Shown in pieces: positions 42,380 through 52,647 of a DNA stretch of 64,000 nt. The DNA is from Glutamicibacter sp. GTDB lineage: Bacteria; Actinomycetota; Actinomycetes; Actinomycetales; Micrococcaceae. The DNA lies in assembly GCF_035257265.1 (NCBI RefSeq), contig NZ_DATEXC010000058.1, forward strand, positions 53,763-117,762. The letters are read 5' to 3'. The notes under the pieces were generated by a model. That model ran no database searches and was not told where the DNA came from. It saw only the letters and a list, made by a program, of their open reading frames with translations. How positions within the stretch are numbered: the stretch's first letter is position 1; each line of letters starts with the position of its first letter. The position numbers and the translations under genes are program-made.

Positions 42380-43114
42380 TTAGTTCAACAAGGCCATCGC
42401 ATACCAGCTCAGTGCCCCTGCCAGCAGCAGGATGCCGCAGGCTAGCGCGAGCACCCCTGAGATAGTGCGCACACTGCGTGAGGACAAAGCCAACGCGCGC
42501 AAGCTACCGACCAGCAGACCTGAAAGAATTCCGATGCACAGCGCCGGAGCCCAGTGCGGGCCAAAGGTCAACGCGCTAGCCAGCGCGCCGAGGGCGCCGC
42601 CAATAAGCGGTGCAAGGATAAAGGTGATGCGGTCAGGCCAGCGAGTAATCGCGATAGCTCCGGCACCGAGCAGCGCCAACAACGTGGTCAAGGTGGTCCC
42701 AAATGCCGTGTCCGTAAGCCCAATCGCCGCCCACCCGGCGCCCTGGGTCACAATAGCCAACCCGGTCACTCCGGACACCACACCTGCAAGTCGTCCCTCG
42801 GAGGAAGCACCACGCAATACTTGCGTAATGAAAATCAGCAGCACCCCGGCGGCAATGACCTCCACGCTATGTGAAGTTTGCGTGGCTCCGGGCATAAAAA
42901 GGGTCGCCGCGGTGGATGCTACTGCACAGAGTGACAAGATCACGCTCAGGGTCCACGGGGTCTCCGAACGTGTCATCCGAGGCCAAGCGTAGGCAAAAAT
43001 TAGTTGCACCACTACGGCGACAATTGCCATTGCGAAGTTCACCGAGCTCCATGCGGCAGCTCCAAGCAACAGGGCGGCCGCCAGCAGCCCACTGATCAGT
43101 ACCTTGATTCGCAA
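42380..43114 (-). CDS. Integral membrane protein, ~7 TM, unknown function
   Basis: 244 aa, Ala/Leu/Gly-rich and hydrophobic throughout. It is divergent from the GlnR-like gene. Confidence 0.7.
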   Translation of the reverse strand: MRIKVLISGLLAAALLLGAAAWSSVNFAMAIVAVVVQLIFAYAWPRMTRSETPWTLSVILSLCAVASTAATLFMPGATQTSHSVEVIAAGVLLIFITQVLRGASSEGRLAGVVSGVTGLAIVTQGAGWAAIGLTDTAFGTTLTTLLALLGAGAIAITRWPDRITFILAPLIGGALGALASALTFGPHWAPALCIGILSGLLVGSLRALALSSRSVRTISGVLALACGILLLAGALSWYAMALLN

Positions 43115-43242
43115 ACCAAATTTCCCATCGGTAATAGTCGGGGCACTTGCATGTCCACATGCAAGCTTTGAATGGTTCTTTCCTTATACTGTGACACGTA
43201 AAAACTAAATTTTTGTAACTATTTGGCAGGAGGAAGTCCGTC

Positions 43243-43899
43243 ATGGCGCACCTGCTGCTCCTGAGCAACAACGCAGACACCGGCGCGCAGGTACTTCCAG
43301 CGCTAGAACTACTGCTTCACGAAGTTCGTTGCCTACCTGCAAACTCCGAGGCTCTCAGCCAGCTAGGTGAGAGCGAAGCGGTCATTCTTGATGCTCGCAC
43401 CGATCTGGTCGCGGCTCGAACCCTGGCGCAAACCATACACTCTACCGCCAACCTGCCACTGCTTTTGGTCATTGGCGAGGGTGGCCTTGGAGTGTTGAAC
43501 TCTGGATGGAACATTTCAGATTTCATCATGCCCACCGCGGCTCCCGGAGAATTAGAAACGCGCATCAGGCTGATCCTTTCGGCACATCCCGAAACCGAGG
43601 CACCGAAAAACACTTCCGGGCTAACTATCGATGAACTCAGTTACACCGCTCGGATAGATCGCCGCATGCTGGATCTGACGTACAAAGAATTTGAGCTGCT
43701 CAAATATCTCTGGCAATTTCCTGGCCGAGTATTCACCCGTGAACAGCTACTGCACGAGGTGTGGGGCTACGACTACTACGGAGGCACTCGAACCGTGGAC
43801 GTTCATGTGCGTCGTTTACGCGCAAAGCTCGGTACCGATCACGAACAATTGATTGGCACTGTGCGAAATGTCGGCTACCGCTTCCACAGCGAAGTTTAA
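43243..43899 (+). CDS. GlnR-like atypical (orphan) OmpR-family response regulator
   Basis: 218 aa. The winged-helix end LDLTYKEFELLKYL..GRVFTREQLLHEVWGYDYYGGTRTVDVHVRRLRAKLG...GTVRNVGYRF closely matches my recollection of actinobacterial GlnR. The acidic DD pocket is replaced by SNN. The gene is adjacent to mshD, as in M. tuberculosis. Confidence 0.75.
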   Translation: MAHLLLLSNNADTGAQVLPALELLLHEVRCLPANSEALSQLGESEAVILDARTDLVAARTLAQTIHSTANLPLLLVIGEGGLGVLNSGWNISDFIMPTAAPGELETRIRLILSAHPETEAPKNTSGLTIDELSYTARIDRRMLDLTYKEFELLKYLWQFPGRVFTREQLLHEVWGYDYYGGTRTVDVHVRRLRAKLGTDHEQLIGTVRNVGYRFHSEV

Positions 43900-43949
43900 G
43901 TTTGTTCCGCTACTAGTCCGCGCGCGGATCATCGGGCTAAGGTGAAGGT

Positions 43950-44909
43950 ATGAGCGAACTGCCACAGACAACTTTGACCATCCAAAAAACGCAAGGTGAA
44001 CTGGAAGAACGCGATCTTTCCGATGTTCGCAAACTTGCCACAACGGCGCAGGAATCCGATGGGAATCCCCCGCTCAGCGACCAGACTCTGGTGGCCCTAG
44101 CTACTGAAGATTCCGCCGATTCGGTGCTCAGCCTGCGCGCCGAACTCCAGCTGGAACCAGGAGTAACTGCCTTGGTTGGCGTGCTTGCCGCGGTACGTGA
44201 CAGCGCGTCAAATAGCTGGGTGGTAGAACTGGTGGTGCACCCCGAACACCGCGAGCAAGGAATCGGGTCGGCGTTACTTGAACGTCTGGGCGAAGACCTT
44301 GAACTAAGAAGCATCCAGGCGTGGGCTCATGGTGGACATCCGGCGGCCAAAAAGTTAGCGGCCGGCATCGGCCTTGCCACCGTGCGCGAGCTGTACAAGT
44401 TGCGCCGTGATGATTCCGAAGCTTTGGAAGTTCCCGAACTCAAACAACGCAGCACGGTGCGTACCTTCCGTGTAGGCGAGGACGAGCCTGCTTGGCTGGC
44501 AGCAAATAGTGCCTCCTTTGCGCACCACCCGGAACAGGGTTCGCTGACCTTGACGGACCTGGATGCACGTATGGCCGAAGACTGGTTTGACCCAACGGGC
44601 TTCTTCCTGGCCTTTGATGCTGAAGAACAGCTGATCGCTTATCACTGGACCAAGATCCATCCCGCAACAGCCGACGAGGTCCGCCCGATGGGCGAGGTAT
44701 ATGTCGTCGGTGTGATTCCCGAGGCGCAAGGCCTGGGTCTGGGCCGAATTTTGACGGCGATGGGTGTGAACTACCTCTTGGAGCTCGGTGTGGGCTCGGT
44801 GCTGCTCTATGTAGATGCAGATAATGAACCTGCGGTAAATCTGTACCGTTCACTGGGCTTCACACTTTGGGACACCGACATCATGTACGGTCCGCAGCCG
44901 ATAGAATAA
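43950..44909 (+). CDS. mshD: Mycothiol synthase (two-GNAT-domain acetyltransferase)
   Basis: 319 aa with tandem GNAT folds (HPEHREQGIGSALL ... IPEAQGLGLGRILT). Confidence 0.88.
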   Translation: MSELPQTTLTIQKTQGELEERDLSDVRKLATTAQESDGNPPLSDQTLVALATEDSADSVLSLRAELQLEPGVTALVGVLAAVRDSASNSWVVELVVHPEHREQGIGSALLERLGEDLELRSIQAWAHGGHPAAKKLAAGIGLATVRELYKLRRDDSEALEVPELKQRSTVRTFRVGEDEPAWLAANSASFAHHPEQGSLTLTDLDARMAEDWFDPTGFFLAFDAEEQLIAYHWTKIHPATADEVRPMGEVYVVGVIPEAQGLGLGRILTAMGVNYLLELGVGSVLLYVDADNEPAVNLYRSLGFTLWDTDIMYGPQPIE

Positions 44910-44994
44910 TAATGCACCAGCGATAAACCAGTTTTTGAACGGTGCGTTGAGGTGCAACGAGGTTTCCACTTGCAGAAAGAAGCGAGTTAAGTAG

Positions 44995-47211
44995 ATGACT
45001 ACCACCCCGAAACAGCCGGCATCACAGCTTCGTGATGTACCAGCAGCCAAGATGAACGAAGACCGCATTGAGCCGGCGGTCAAATCGCCCGTGCGGCATC
45101 CCGAGGGTGATTTTAACAATGAACGCTTCTTGGATCGCGAGCTATCTTGGCTGCACTTCAACGCGCGGGTCCTAGAACTCGCCGAAGATGCCAGCCTGCC
45201 ACTGCTTGAACGAGTCAATTTTCTTTCAATCTTCGGTTCAAATCTGGACGAATTTTTCATGGTGCGTGTGGCCGGACTCAAACGCCGCATTGCCACGGGT
45301 ATGGCAGTTCCCGCAGCCAACAGCATGAACCCGGTAGACCAGCTTGAACTGCTGCTCAATTCTGCTCATGAGCTGCAAACCCGCCATGCGATGGTTTTTG
45401 CCGACCAGGTGCGTCCGGCCTTAGCCGAAGAAGGCATTCGCATTACTCGTTGGGACGAGCTAGGCGACACCGAACGCGAAACTCTCTCCGCATGGTTCAT
45501 CTCACAGGTGTTCCCGGTACTCACCCCACTCGCCGTGGATCCTGCCCACCCATTCCCTTACATCTCCGGCTTATCGTTGAATCTTGCGGTGGTGGTGCGC
45601 AATCCGCTGACCGGCAAGGAGCTGTTTGCCCGTCTCAAGGTGCCGGACACCATTGCCCGGCTCGTGGGTATCGATGGTGTCAAAGCCGCCCACTCCTCCC
45701 AGCGCACCGCACGTTTCATCCCGCTTGAAGCACTCATCGCGGTGCACCTGGACCTGTTGTTCCCAGGTATGGAAATCGTGGAGCATCACTTCTTCCGGGT
45801 GACACGTAACGAGGACCTGGAAGTTGAAGAAGATGACGCGGAAAATCTTCTACAGGCTTTGGAGAAGGAACTGCTGCGCCGCCGCTTTGGCCCACCGGTT
45901 CGTTTAGAAGTTGTCGATGACGTTAATCCACAGATCCTCGAACTTCTGGTCCGCGAACTGAATATCGAAGACGACGAGGTCTTTAGGCTGCCCGCGCCAC
46001 TGGACTTGCGCGGGCTCGGTGTGATCGCCTCCTTGGACCGGACCGAACTGCACTACACCAAGCATGTCGGGCATACTTCCCGGTTCCTCAACGAGTCGGA
46101 AACCGCGAAGGCCGCCAACGTTTTTGGGGCGGTCCGCAGGCGCGACATCCTGTTGCATCACCCCTACGATTCCTTCTCCACCTCGGTACAAGCCTTCTTG
46201 GAACAAGCAGCCTCTGACCCTAAGGTCATGGCAATCAAGCAGACCCTGTACCGCACCAGCGGGGACTCCCCCATTGTTGACGCACTGATTGACGCGGCCG
46301 AGGCCGGCAAGCAGGTCCTTGCCCTGGTAGAAATTAAGGCCCGCTTTGATGAGCAGGCAAATATCAGTTGGGCCCGCAAACTTGAGCAAGCCGGCGTGCA
46401 CGTGGTCTACGGGATTGTGGGCCTGAAAACCCATTCCAAGCTCTCCTTGGTGGTTCGCAAAGAAGGCGACAAGCTGCGTCGCTACTGCCATATCGGCACC
46501 GGTAACTACCACCCACGCACGGCCCGCTACTACGAGGATTTCGGCTTACTCACCTGTGACGAGGCCGTTGGTGAAGATGTCTCAAGGCTCTTCAATCAGC
46601 TCTCCGGTTACGCTCCGCGCTCCACCTATCACCGGTTGCTGGTGGCCCCACGAACCGTACGCACCGGGCTGCTGGAACTGATTGAAAAGGAAATCAGCAA
46701 TGCCGGCGAGGGCAAAGAGGCCTCGGTCTACATCAAGGTCAACTCGATGGTTGATGAAGCCATCATTGACGCGTTGTACCGAGCCAGCCAGGCCGGGGTT
46801 AAAGTCAATGTGATCGTGCGCGGTATTTGTGCGCTGCGCCCAGGTCTTCCAGGCTTAAGCGAGAATATCGAGGTTCGTTCGATCCTGGGCAGATTCTTGG
46901 AACACAGCCGAGTATTCATCTTTGCTAATTCCGGTGACCCGCTGGTCTATATCGGCAGCGCCGACATGATGCATCGAAATCTGGACCGTCGGGTGGAAGC
47001 CTTAGTTTCCCTCCGCGATCAGGAAGATATCGACACTATGACGGGATTGATGAAGCGTTATATGGATGACTCCACCATGAGTTGGCATTTGGGTGCCGAC
47101 GGGGCTTGGACCAGACATCATCGAGATGCCGATGGAAACCCGCTGACAGATATCCAATTTTGGCTCATGGAAGAACATGCCCGGCGTCGAATGAGCGGGC
47201 TGCACAACTAG
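44995..47211 (+). CDS. ppk: Polyphosphate kinase 1
   Basis: 738 aa ([22 protein letters not shown] ... two PLD-like HKD regions). Confidence 0.96.
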   Translation: MTTTPKQPASQLRDVPAAKMNEDRIEPAVKSPVRHPEGDFNNERFLDRELSWLHFNARVLELAEDASLPLLERVNFLSIFGSNLDEFFMVRVAGLKRRIATGMAVPAANSMNPVDQLELLLNSAHELQTRHAMVFADQVRPALAEEGIRITRWDELGDTERETLSAWFISQVFPVLTPLAVDPAHPFPYISGLSLNLAVVVRNPLTGKELFARLKVPDTIARLVGIDGVKAAHSSQRTARFIPLEALIAVHLDLLFPGMEIVEHHFFRVTRNEDLEVEEDDAENLLQALEKELLRRRFGPPVRLEVVDDVNPQILELLVRELNIEDDEVFRLPAPLDLRGLGVIASLDRTELHYTKHVGHTSRFLNESETAKAANVFGAVRRRDILLHHPYDSFSTSVQAFLEQAASDPKVMAIKQTLYRTSGDSPIVDALIDAAEAGKQVLALVEIKARFDEQANISWARKLEQAGVHVVYGIVGLKTHSKLSLVVRKEGDKLRRYCHIGTGNYHPRTARYYEDFGLLTCDEAVGEDVSRLFNQLSGYAPRSTYHRLLVAPRTVRTGLLELIEKEISNAGEGKEASVYIKVNSMVDEAIIDALYRASQAGVKVNVIVRGICALRPGLPGLSENIEVRSILGRFLEHSRVFIFANSGDPLVYIGSADMMHRNLDRRVEALVSLRDQEDIDTMTGLMKRYMDDSTMSWHLGADGAWTRHHRDADGNPLTDIQFWLMEEHARRRMSGLHN

Positions 47212-48212
47212 TGACCAGTACTCCAGACTCCCGCTTGGTGCTTTGCTCACTGCAACGATCCAGCGATGCCGAAGAGATCCGGCTCGGCGAATTTGATGTG
47301 ATTGCGGCCGGGGCGATCCCTTGGCGTATTGAACATGGACAGCTGCAGGTGATGCTCATCCACCGTCCGCGCTATGACGATTGGTCTTGGCCCAAGGGCA
47401 AGCTTGACGCGGGAGAATCAATTCCCGAATGCGCGATTCGGGAGGTCCGTGAGGAAGTCGGGCTGAACATCACCCTGGGGCTGCCGCTGGCGGCCACCGC
47501 TTACACGGTCAAGAGCAAAACGAAGGTTGTCTACTACTGGGCGGCACAAGTTGATGCTGGGGTCATTGAGCAACCCGACGGGACCGAGTGTGATCAGTCG
47601 CGCTGGGTTCAGGCAGAGCAGGCTCGCGGGCAGTTAACAAACCCCTCGGATATCGCTCCGCTCGATGACCTGATCAAGGCCCATGCGCACCAGCGTTTAG
47701 GGAGCATGCCCTTTATCATCGTGCGTCATGCCAAAGCGAAGCCGCGCGGCAAATGGACTCGTGCCGAAGGTGAACGTCCGTTAGCCGCCACCGGCAGACG
47801 CCAGGCCCTCGCACTGGCCCGGATGCTCGAAGCTTGGCGTCCTTCACATGTCGCTTCGTCCCCATGGATTCGTTGTGTCCAGACGGTGACTCCCTATGTG
47901 TCCGTGCACGGGATCAAACTGAAAAACATCAATGCGATCACCGAGCACGCGGCCAATCGAAAACCAGCCAAGGCCACCCGCGCCCTTGAAAAGCTTGTGG
48001 CCAAGGCACGCTCGCAGGTGGTGTGCATGCATCGTCCGGTGCTTCCCTTGGCCATGGCAGTCTTGCGTTCTAAGCTTTCGGCGAAGGCTGCCGCGATCCT
48101 ACCGAGCAGGGATCCATTCTTAGAACCGGGCGGAGTTATCGTTGCCCATCAGGTGCCCGGATCCAAACATCAGTTCGTCTCGGTGGAAATCCACGCGCCT
48201 TATCACGACTAG
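47211..48212 (+). CDS. Nudix hydrolase fused to a histidine-phosphatase domain (MutT1-like)
   Basis: The ORF track starts at 47082, inside ppk. I prefer the GTG at 47211, which overlaps the ppk stop (TAGTG). Nudix box GKLDAGESIPECAIREVREEVGL; the C-terminal half has FIIVRHAKA (RHG-type phosphatase). Confidence 0.85.
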   Translation: MTSTPDSRLVLCSLQRSSDAEEIRLGEFDVIAAGAIPWRIEHGQLQVMLIHRPRYDDWSWPKGKLDAGESIPECAIREVREEVGLNITLGLPLAATAYTVKSKTKVVYYWAAQVDAGVIEQPDGTECDQSRWVQAEQARGQLTNPSDIAPLDDLIKAHAHQRLGSMPFIIVRHAKAKPRGKWTRAEGERPLAATGRRQALALARMLEAWRPSHVASSPWIRCVQTVTPYVSVHGIKLKNINAITEHAANRKPAKATRALEKLVAKARSQVVCMHRPVLPLAMAVLRSKLSAKAAAILPSRDPFLEPGGVIVAHQVPGSKHQFVSVEIHAPYHD

Positions 48213-48293
48213 CCACTGGACACGCGTTGCATCTACCCTCCAAAGCGACTATGACTAGAGGTGAGAGAAATCACGTCCAAGGAGGCTAATGCC

Positions 48294-48623
48294 ATGTCCG
48301 CTCATCAGCCAGAGCATCCGGTTCAGAAAATTGTGCATCAAGGGTTGCGTCTGGATCATGACGAAAGCCGCCAGCGCTACAGTCTTTGGCATGGCTCCAC
48401 CTTCATCGGTTTTATTGGTTATCAGCGCGAAGATCAGCTGGTGACCTTGCAGCACACCATCGTCAATGAGGAATTCGGCAGGCGCGGTTACGCGCGTGCA
48501 CTGGTGACCATGGTGCTGGATAAATTACGCGCAGAGGGAGCAAAAATTGTTCCTGAGTGCAGTTACGTCCAGGACTTCTTGACCCGTTATCCCGAATACC
48601 ACGACATGGTTGCCACCCAATAG
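48294..48623 (+). CDS. Small GNAT-like N-acetyltransferase (YjdJ-type)
   Basis: About 109 aa from MSAHQPEH... It contains EEFGRRGYARALV and a C-terminal CSYV motif. The start was chosen at the second Met. Confidence 0.7.
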   Translation: MSAHQPEHPVQKIVHQGLRLDHDESRQRYSLWHGSTFIGFIGYQREDQLVTLQHTIVNEEFGRRGYARALVTMVLDKLRAEGAKIVPECSYVQDFLTRYPEYHDMVATQ

Positions 48624-48681
48624 CTAGCGAAGTCTCACAGTTCGGCTGTAGCTCTCGCGCCAGAGCTACAGCTACGATGGA

Positions 48682-49497
48682 ATGGTGACTTCCCAGAACA
48701 TCGAGACCCCATACGAAGATCTGTTGCGCGACGTGCTGGAAAACGGCACCGCCAAAGAGGATCGCACCGGCACCGGCACACTTTCGGTGTTTGGTCGTCA
48801 GCTCCGCTTTGATCTGAGCAAATCTTTCCCGCTGATCACTACCAAGCGGGTGCATTTCAAATCTGTCGCCGCAGAGCTCCTTTGGTTTCTGCGCGGTGAA
48901 TCGAATGTGAAGTGGTTGCAGGATCAAGGGGTGCGCATTTGGAACGAGTGGGCCGATGCAGATGGCGAGCTCGGTCCTGTTTATGGTGTGCAATGGCGTA
49001 GCTGGCCCACCCCGGACGGTGCGCACATTGACCAAATTTCTGAGGTCATGGAATCTCTGCGCAACAACCCGGAATCCCGCCGTCATATCGTTTCGGCGTG
49101 GAATGTCTCGGAAATCAAGAACATGGCGCTGCCTCCGTGCCACGTGTTCTTCCAGTTTTACGTGGCCGATGGAAAACTCTCCTGCCAGCTTTATCAGCGT
49201 AGCGCTGACATGTTCCTCGGAGTCCCTTTTAACATTGCGTCCTACGCGCTGCTGACCAAGATGGTCGCCGCGCAGCTTGATTTGGAACCGGGAGAGTTCA
49301 TCTGGACCGGTGGAGACACACATATCTACACCAACCATCTGGAGCAGGTTCGCGAACAGCTCAGTCGCGATCCGTATCCCTACCCCACGCTGGAATTCGC
49401 GTCCCAGCCAAAGTCAATCTTTGACTACACGCTCGAAGACTTTGTGCTCAACGATTACCAGCATCACCCAACGATCAAGGGAAGCGTTGCGGTATGA
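48682..49497 (+). CDS. thyA: Thymidylate synthase (ThyA type)
   Basis: 271 aa ([12 protein letters not shown] ... [12 protein letters not shown] ...). Confidence 0.97.
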   Translation: MVTSQNIETPYEDLLRDVLENGTAKEDRTGTGTLSVFGRQLRFDLSKSFPLITTKRVHFKSVAAELLWFLRGESNVKWLQDQGVRIWNEWADADGELGPVYGVQWRSWPTPDGAHIDQISEVMESLRNNPESRRHIVSAWNVSEIKNMALPPCHVFFQFYVADGKLSCQLYQRSADMFLGVPFNIASYALLTKMVAAQLDLEPGEFIWTGGDTHIYTNHLEQVREQLSRDPYPYPTLEFASQPKSIFDYTLEDFVLNDYQHHPTIKGSVAV

Positions 49498-50042
49498 GTT
49501 CACGTCACGCTAAAGAAACTCAGAGCCTCATAGGTGCCATTTGGGCGCAGGGCGCCAACGGCATTATCGGCGCTGGCGGAACGATGCCCTGGCATGTGCC
49601 AGAAGATCTCGCGCATTTTAAGCGGGTTACCGCCGGCCATCCGGTAATCATGGGCCGCAATACCTGGGACTCTTTTCCGGAGAAATACCGGCCCCTGCCA
49701 AACCGCAGTAATATCGTGCTGACCTCCGGTGACCACGACCAACTGCGCACCGCCGGCGCACTTCCTGTCGGCTCGGTCGACGAAGCTTTGGCGCTGGCTG
49801 GACAAAGCGAAGGCAGCGAAGAAATTTGGATTATCGGCGGAGGAAAGCTCTACGCCGCCACCCTGGATTTGTGGGACATCGCCGTGATTACACGGCTGAA
49901 TTTCAGCCCGGCCGGGGATACCAAAGCTCCCGCATTGACTGAAGACTTTGTCCTGTCCTCAGCCGACCCGGCTGAGCAATGGCACAGCTCAAAAAGCGGA
50001 ACCGAATACCGCTTCGAATCTTGGATCCGTGAAAAGGACTAA
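49494..50042 (+). CDS. folA: Dihydrofolate reductase
   Basis: 182 aa ([35 protein letters not shown]). ATGA overlap with thyA. Confidence 0.95.
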   Translation: MSSRHAKETQSLIGAIWAQGANGIIGAGGTMPWHVPEDLAHFKRVTAGHPVIMGRNTWDSFPEKYRPLPNRSNIVLTSGDHDQLRTAGALPVGSVDEALALAGQSEGSEEIWIIGGGKLYAATLDLWDIAVITRLNFSPAGDTKAPALTEDFVLSSADPAEQWHSSKSGTEYRFESWIREKD

Positions 50043-50047
50043 CCTAC

Positions 50048-50275
50048 GTGAAAAAATACCTGAGCGAGCTCAAACAACACTCTGACGCGTTGTTCATCCT
50101 CGGATACATGCTGTTCCCGTTGCTTGCCCTTGTGGTAGCGGTGCTGGGATTCTTTATGGTCCTCGACGGCGCTAAGATCTTCGGTCTTATCTTGTTGCTG
50201 GTCCCTACCCAGCTATTTATCTTTGCCGCAATGTGGGCGATCAAAAATCGCAAACTGCTGCTAGAGGAGAAGTAA
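50048..50275 (+). CDS. Small two-TM membrane protein
   Basis: 75 aa with a GTG start 5 nt after the folA stop and AAAGGA upstream. Confidence 0.6.
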   Translation: MKKYLSELKQHSDALFILGYMLFPLLALVVAVLGFFMVLDGAKIFGLILLLVPTQLFIFAAMWAIKNRKLLLEEK

Positions 50276-50291
50276 AGCTTCTGCTTATTCA

Positions 50292-50327
50292 AATCACACT
50301 CGAACCCGGCTGGGGCTCGGGTGTGAT
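50292..50327 (+). terminator. Terminator after the thyA-folA-small ORF unit
   Basis: 15-bp stem ATCACACTCGAACCC / GGGCTCGGGTGTGAT (two G-U pairs in RNA) followed by TCTGCTTT. Confidence 0.55.
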
Positions 50328-50387
50328 TCTGCTTTAACTGCTGTAACGAACCGAGCCGGTTGCCGTGAAGCGTCCTACCATGGAGAT

Positions 50388-51506
50388 ATGACTTCATCTG
50401 TTGGATTTGTTGGTTACCGTGGCATGGTTGGCTCCGTGCTGATGCAGCGCATGCTCGACGAGGGCGATTTTGCGCAACTGAACCCGGTCTTTTTCTCGAC
50501 GTCGAACGCCGGTGGTGCAGCCCCTGGCTTTGCGCAGGGTGCCGAACCGCTGCAGGACGCCTACGACATTAAAACTCTGGCCAAGCTGCCGATTATCGTC
50601 ACCGCTCAGGGCGGAGATTACACCGCCAAGGTGCACAGCGAGCTGCGTAAGTCCGGTTGGGATGGCCTGTGGATCGATGCAGCCTCCACCTTGCGCATGA
50701 ACGAAGACTCGGTCATCGTGCTGGACCCGGTGAACCGGAATGTCATCGACCAGTCGTTGGTTGCAGGCGTTAAAGACTTTGTCGGAGGTAACTGCACCGT
50801 CTCATGCATGCTTATGGGTTTGGGCGGGTTGTTCAAGAACAACCTGGTCGAGTGGAGCACTTCCATGACCTACCAGGCAGCATCCGGTGGCGGTGCACGC
50901 CATATGCGTGAGCTGCTGACCCAGTTTGGTGACATCAATTCGGCGGTCTCCGCCGAACTCGCCGATCCGGCCTCCGCCATCTTGGACATTGACCGCAAGG
51001 TGCTTGAAGCTCAGCGCGGTGGATTGGACGCCAGCCAGTTTGGTGTACCTCTCGCAGGCTCGCTGATCCCGTGGATTGACGCAGACCTCGGCAACGGCCA
51101 GTCCCGCGAAGAGTGGAAGGCCGGAGCGGAGACGAACAAGATCTTGCAGACCTCCGGGGATCATCACATCATCGTTGATGGCCTGTGCGTGCGTATCGGC
51201 GCGATGCGTTCGCACTCCCAGGCGTTGACCATCAAGCTGAAGGATGACCTCTCGGTTTCCGAGATCGAAGCACTGCTCGACGAGGACAATGAGTGGGCCA
51301 AGGTTGTGCCCAATGAAAAGGAAGCCACCATGGAGCGGCTGACCCCGGTCGCTGCCTCGGGCACCTTGGATATTCCGGTGGGCCGTATCCGCAAGCTGGA
51401 AATGGGACCTAAGTACATTTCCGCGTTCACCGTCGGTGACCAGCTGCTCTGGGGCGCAGCAGAGCCATTGCGCCGCATGCTGGCCATCGCTCAGGGTCGC
51501 CTGTAA
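50388..51506 (+). CDS. asd: Aspartate-semialdehyde dehydrogenase, long enterobacterial-type
   Basis: 372 aa. Long blocks match my recollection of E. coli Asd: [75 protein letters not shown]. Confidence 0.95.
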   Translation: MTSSVGFVGYRGMVGSVLMQRMLDEGDFAQLNPVFFSTSNAGGAAPGFAQGAEPLQDAYDIKTLAKLPIIVTAQGGDYTAKVHSELRKSGWDGLWIDAASTLRMNEDSVIVLDPVNRNVIDQSLVAGVKDFVGGNCTVSCMLMGLGGLFKNNLVEWSTSMTYQAASGGGARHMRELLTQFGDINSAVSAELADPASAILDIDRKVLEAQRGGLDASQFGVPLAGSLIPWIDADLGNGQSREEWKAGAETNKILQTSGDHHIIVDGLCVRIGAMRSHSQALTIKLKDDLSVSEIEALLDEDNEWAKVVPNEKEATMERLTPVAASGTLDIPVGRIRKLEMGPKYISAFTVGDQLLWGAAEPLRRMLAIAQGRL

Positions 51507-51519
51507 AGACAAACCATTT

Positions 51520-51552
51520 AGCCCCTTCGAATTCGATTCGAAGGGGCTTTTT
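51520..51552. terminator. Terminator between the convergent asd and murB genes
   Basis: 12-bp perfect stem AGCCCCTTCGAA / TTCGAAGGGGCT followed by TTTT on the plus strand. Confidence 0.8.
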
Positions 51553-51557
51553 GTGCG

Positions 51558-52619
51558 CTAAAGCGCTAAATCAATGAGTAATGGTTCGTTGACCAGTTCA
51601 ATGCCAAAGCGTTCTTGTACCCCCGCACGCACGGCGCGTGCGACAGCCAGTAGGTCTTCGGCGGTAGCACCACCTCGGTTCGTGACAGCTAGGGTGTGCT
51701 TGGTGGACAAGCTAGCGCGGCCTTGAGCCAGACTGAACCCCTCGGTGCCTTCGAGTCCGAAGCCCTTGGAGAATCCTGCCTGGTCGATCAGCCAGGCTGC
51801 GGAAAGCTTCACCAGACCATCGGTGTCCACCGGATAGTTTGGGGCGCCTTCTGGCAAGCGTTCAAGCACCAGCACGTCAACAATCGGGTTGGTGAAGAAG
51901 GACCCGGTGGAGTGCGAGTCCACGTCCTTCGGTTCGTAGACCATGCCTTTGGAGCGACGTAGTTCAAGCACCTGCTGGCGCACCAGCTGCGCCGAGGCGG
52001 ATTCACCGGGTGCAACGCCCAAGCGGCGAGCTAATTCCGCATAACGTATCGGCGCCGAAACTTCTGACCGAGTAAGTTCAAAGGCAACTTCGAGCACCAC
52101 AAAGCGCGGCGAACCGGCTACGCTGGTGCGCTTGATCAGCGAATCCCGGTAGGAGAATTCGAGCTCTTCACGATGTAGCGTCAGCGCGGTTCCGAGGTGC
52201 CGGTCATAAACCCGCGCCCAGGCCAGGTGCTCAGACACGTCGGCGCCGTAGGCACCCACGTTCTGCACCGGGGTGGCCCCGGCGCAACCCGGGATGCCGG
52301 ACAGCGCCTCCAAGCCGCTTAGGCCTTCTACGAGACTGTATTCCACGCAGGCGTCCCAGTTTTCCCCGGCAGCGACGCGCAATAACAGCGTATTGGTGCC
52401 CAACGCTTCAAGCTGCAAGCCGCGGGTGGCGATCTGAATGGCGGTTCCCCGGAATCCGCGGTCATTGATCACCAGGTTTGAACCGCCACCGATCAGCAGT
52501 ACCGGGGTGCCGGCAGCATCGGCTGCCGCCAGCGCAGAGACCAGCTCTTCTTCGGTACCTGCCACTACCAATTGGTCGGCGGGTCCACCGACCTTCGAGG
52601 TCGTCAAATTCTTCAGCAT
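51558..52619 (-). CDS. murB: UDP-N-acetylenolpyruvoylglucosamine reductase
   Basis: The ORF track extends to 52676. The start at 52619 (MLKNLTTSKVGGPA...) avoids overlap with the upstream MFS gene. FAD-binding and MurB C-terminal patterns are present. Confidence 0.9.
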   Translation of the reverse strand: MLKNLTTSKVGGPADQLVVAGTEEELVSALAAADAAGTPVLLIGGGSNLVINDRGFRGTAIQIATRGLQLEALGTNTLLLRVAAGENWDACVEYSLVEGLSGLEALSGIPGCAGATPVQNVGAYGADVSEHLAWARVYDRHLGTALTLHREELEFSYRDSLIKRTSVAGSPRFVVLEVAFELTRSEVSAPIRYAELARRLGVAPGESASAQLVRQQVLELRRSKGMVYEPKDVDSHSTGSFFTNPIVDVLVLERLPEGAPNYPVDTDGLVKLSAAWLIDQAGFSKGFGLEGTEGFSLAQGRASLSTKHTLAVTNRGGATAEDLLAVARAVRAGVQERFGIELVNEPLLIDLAL

Positions 52620-52647
52620 GCTCCTACTTTCGCATAGTTTCGCGTTG

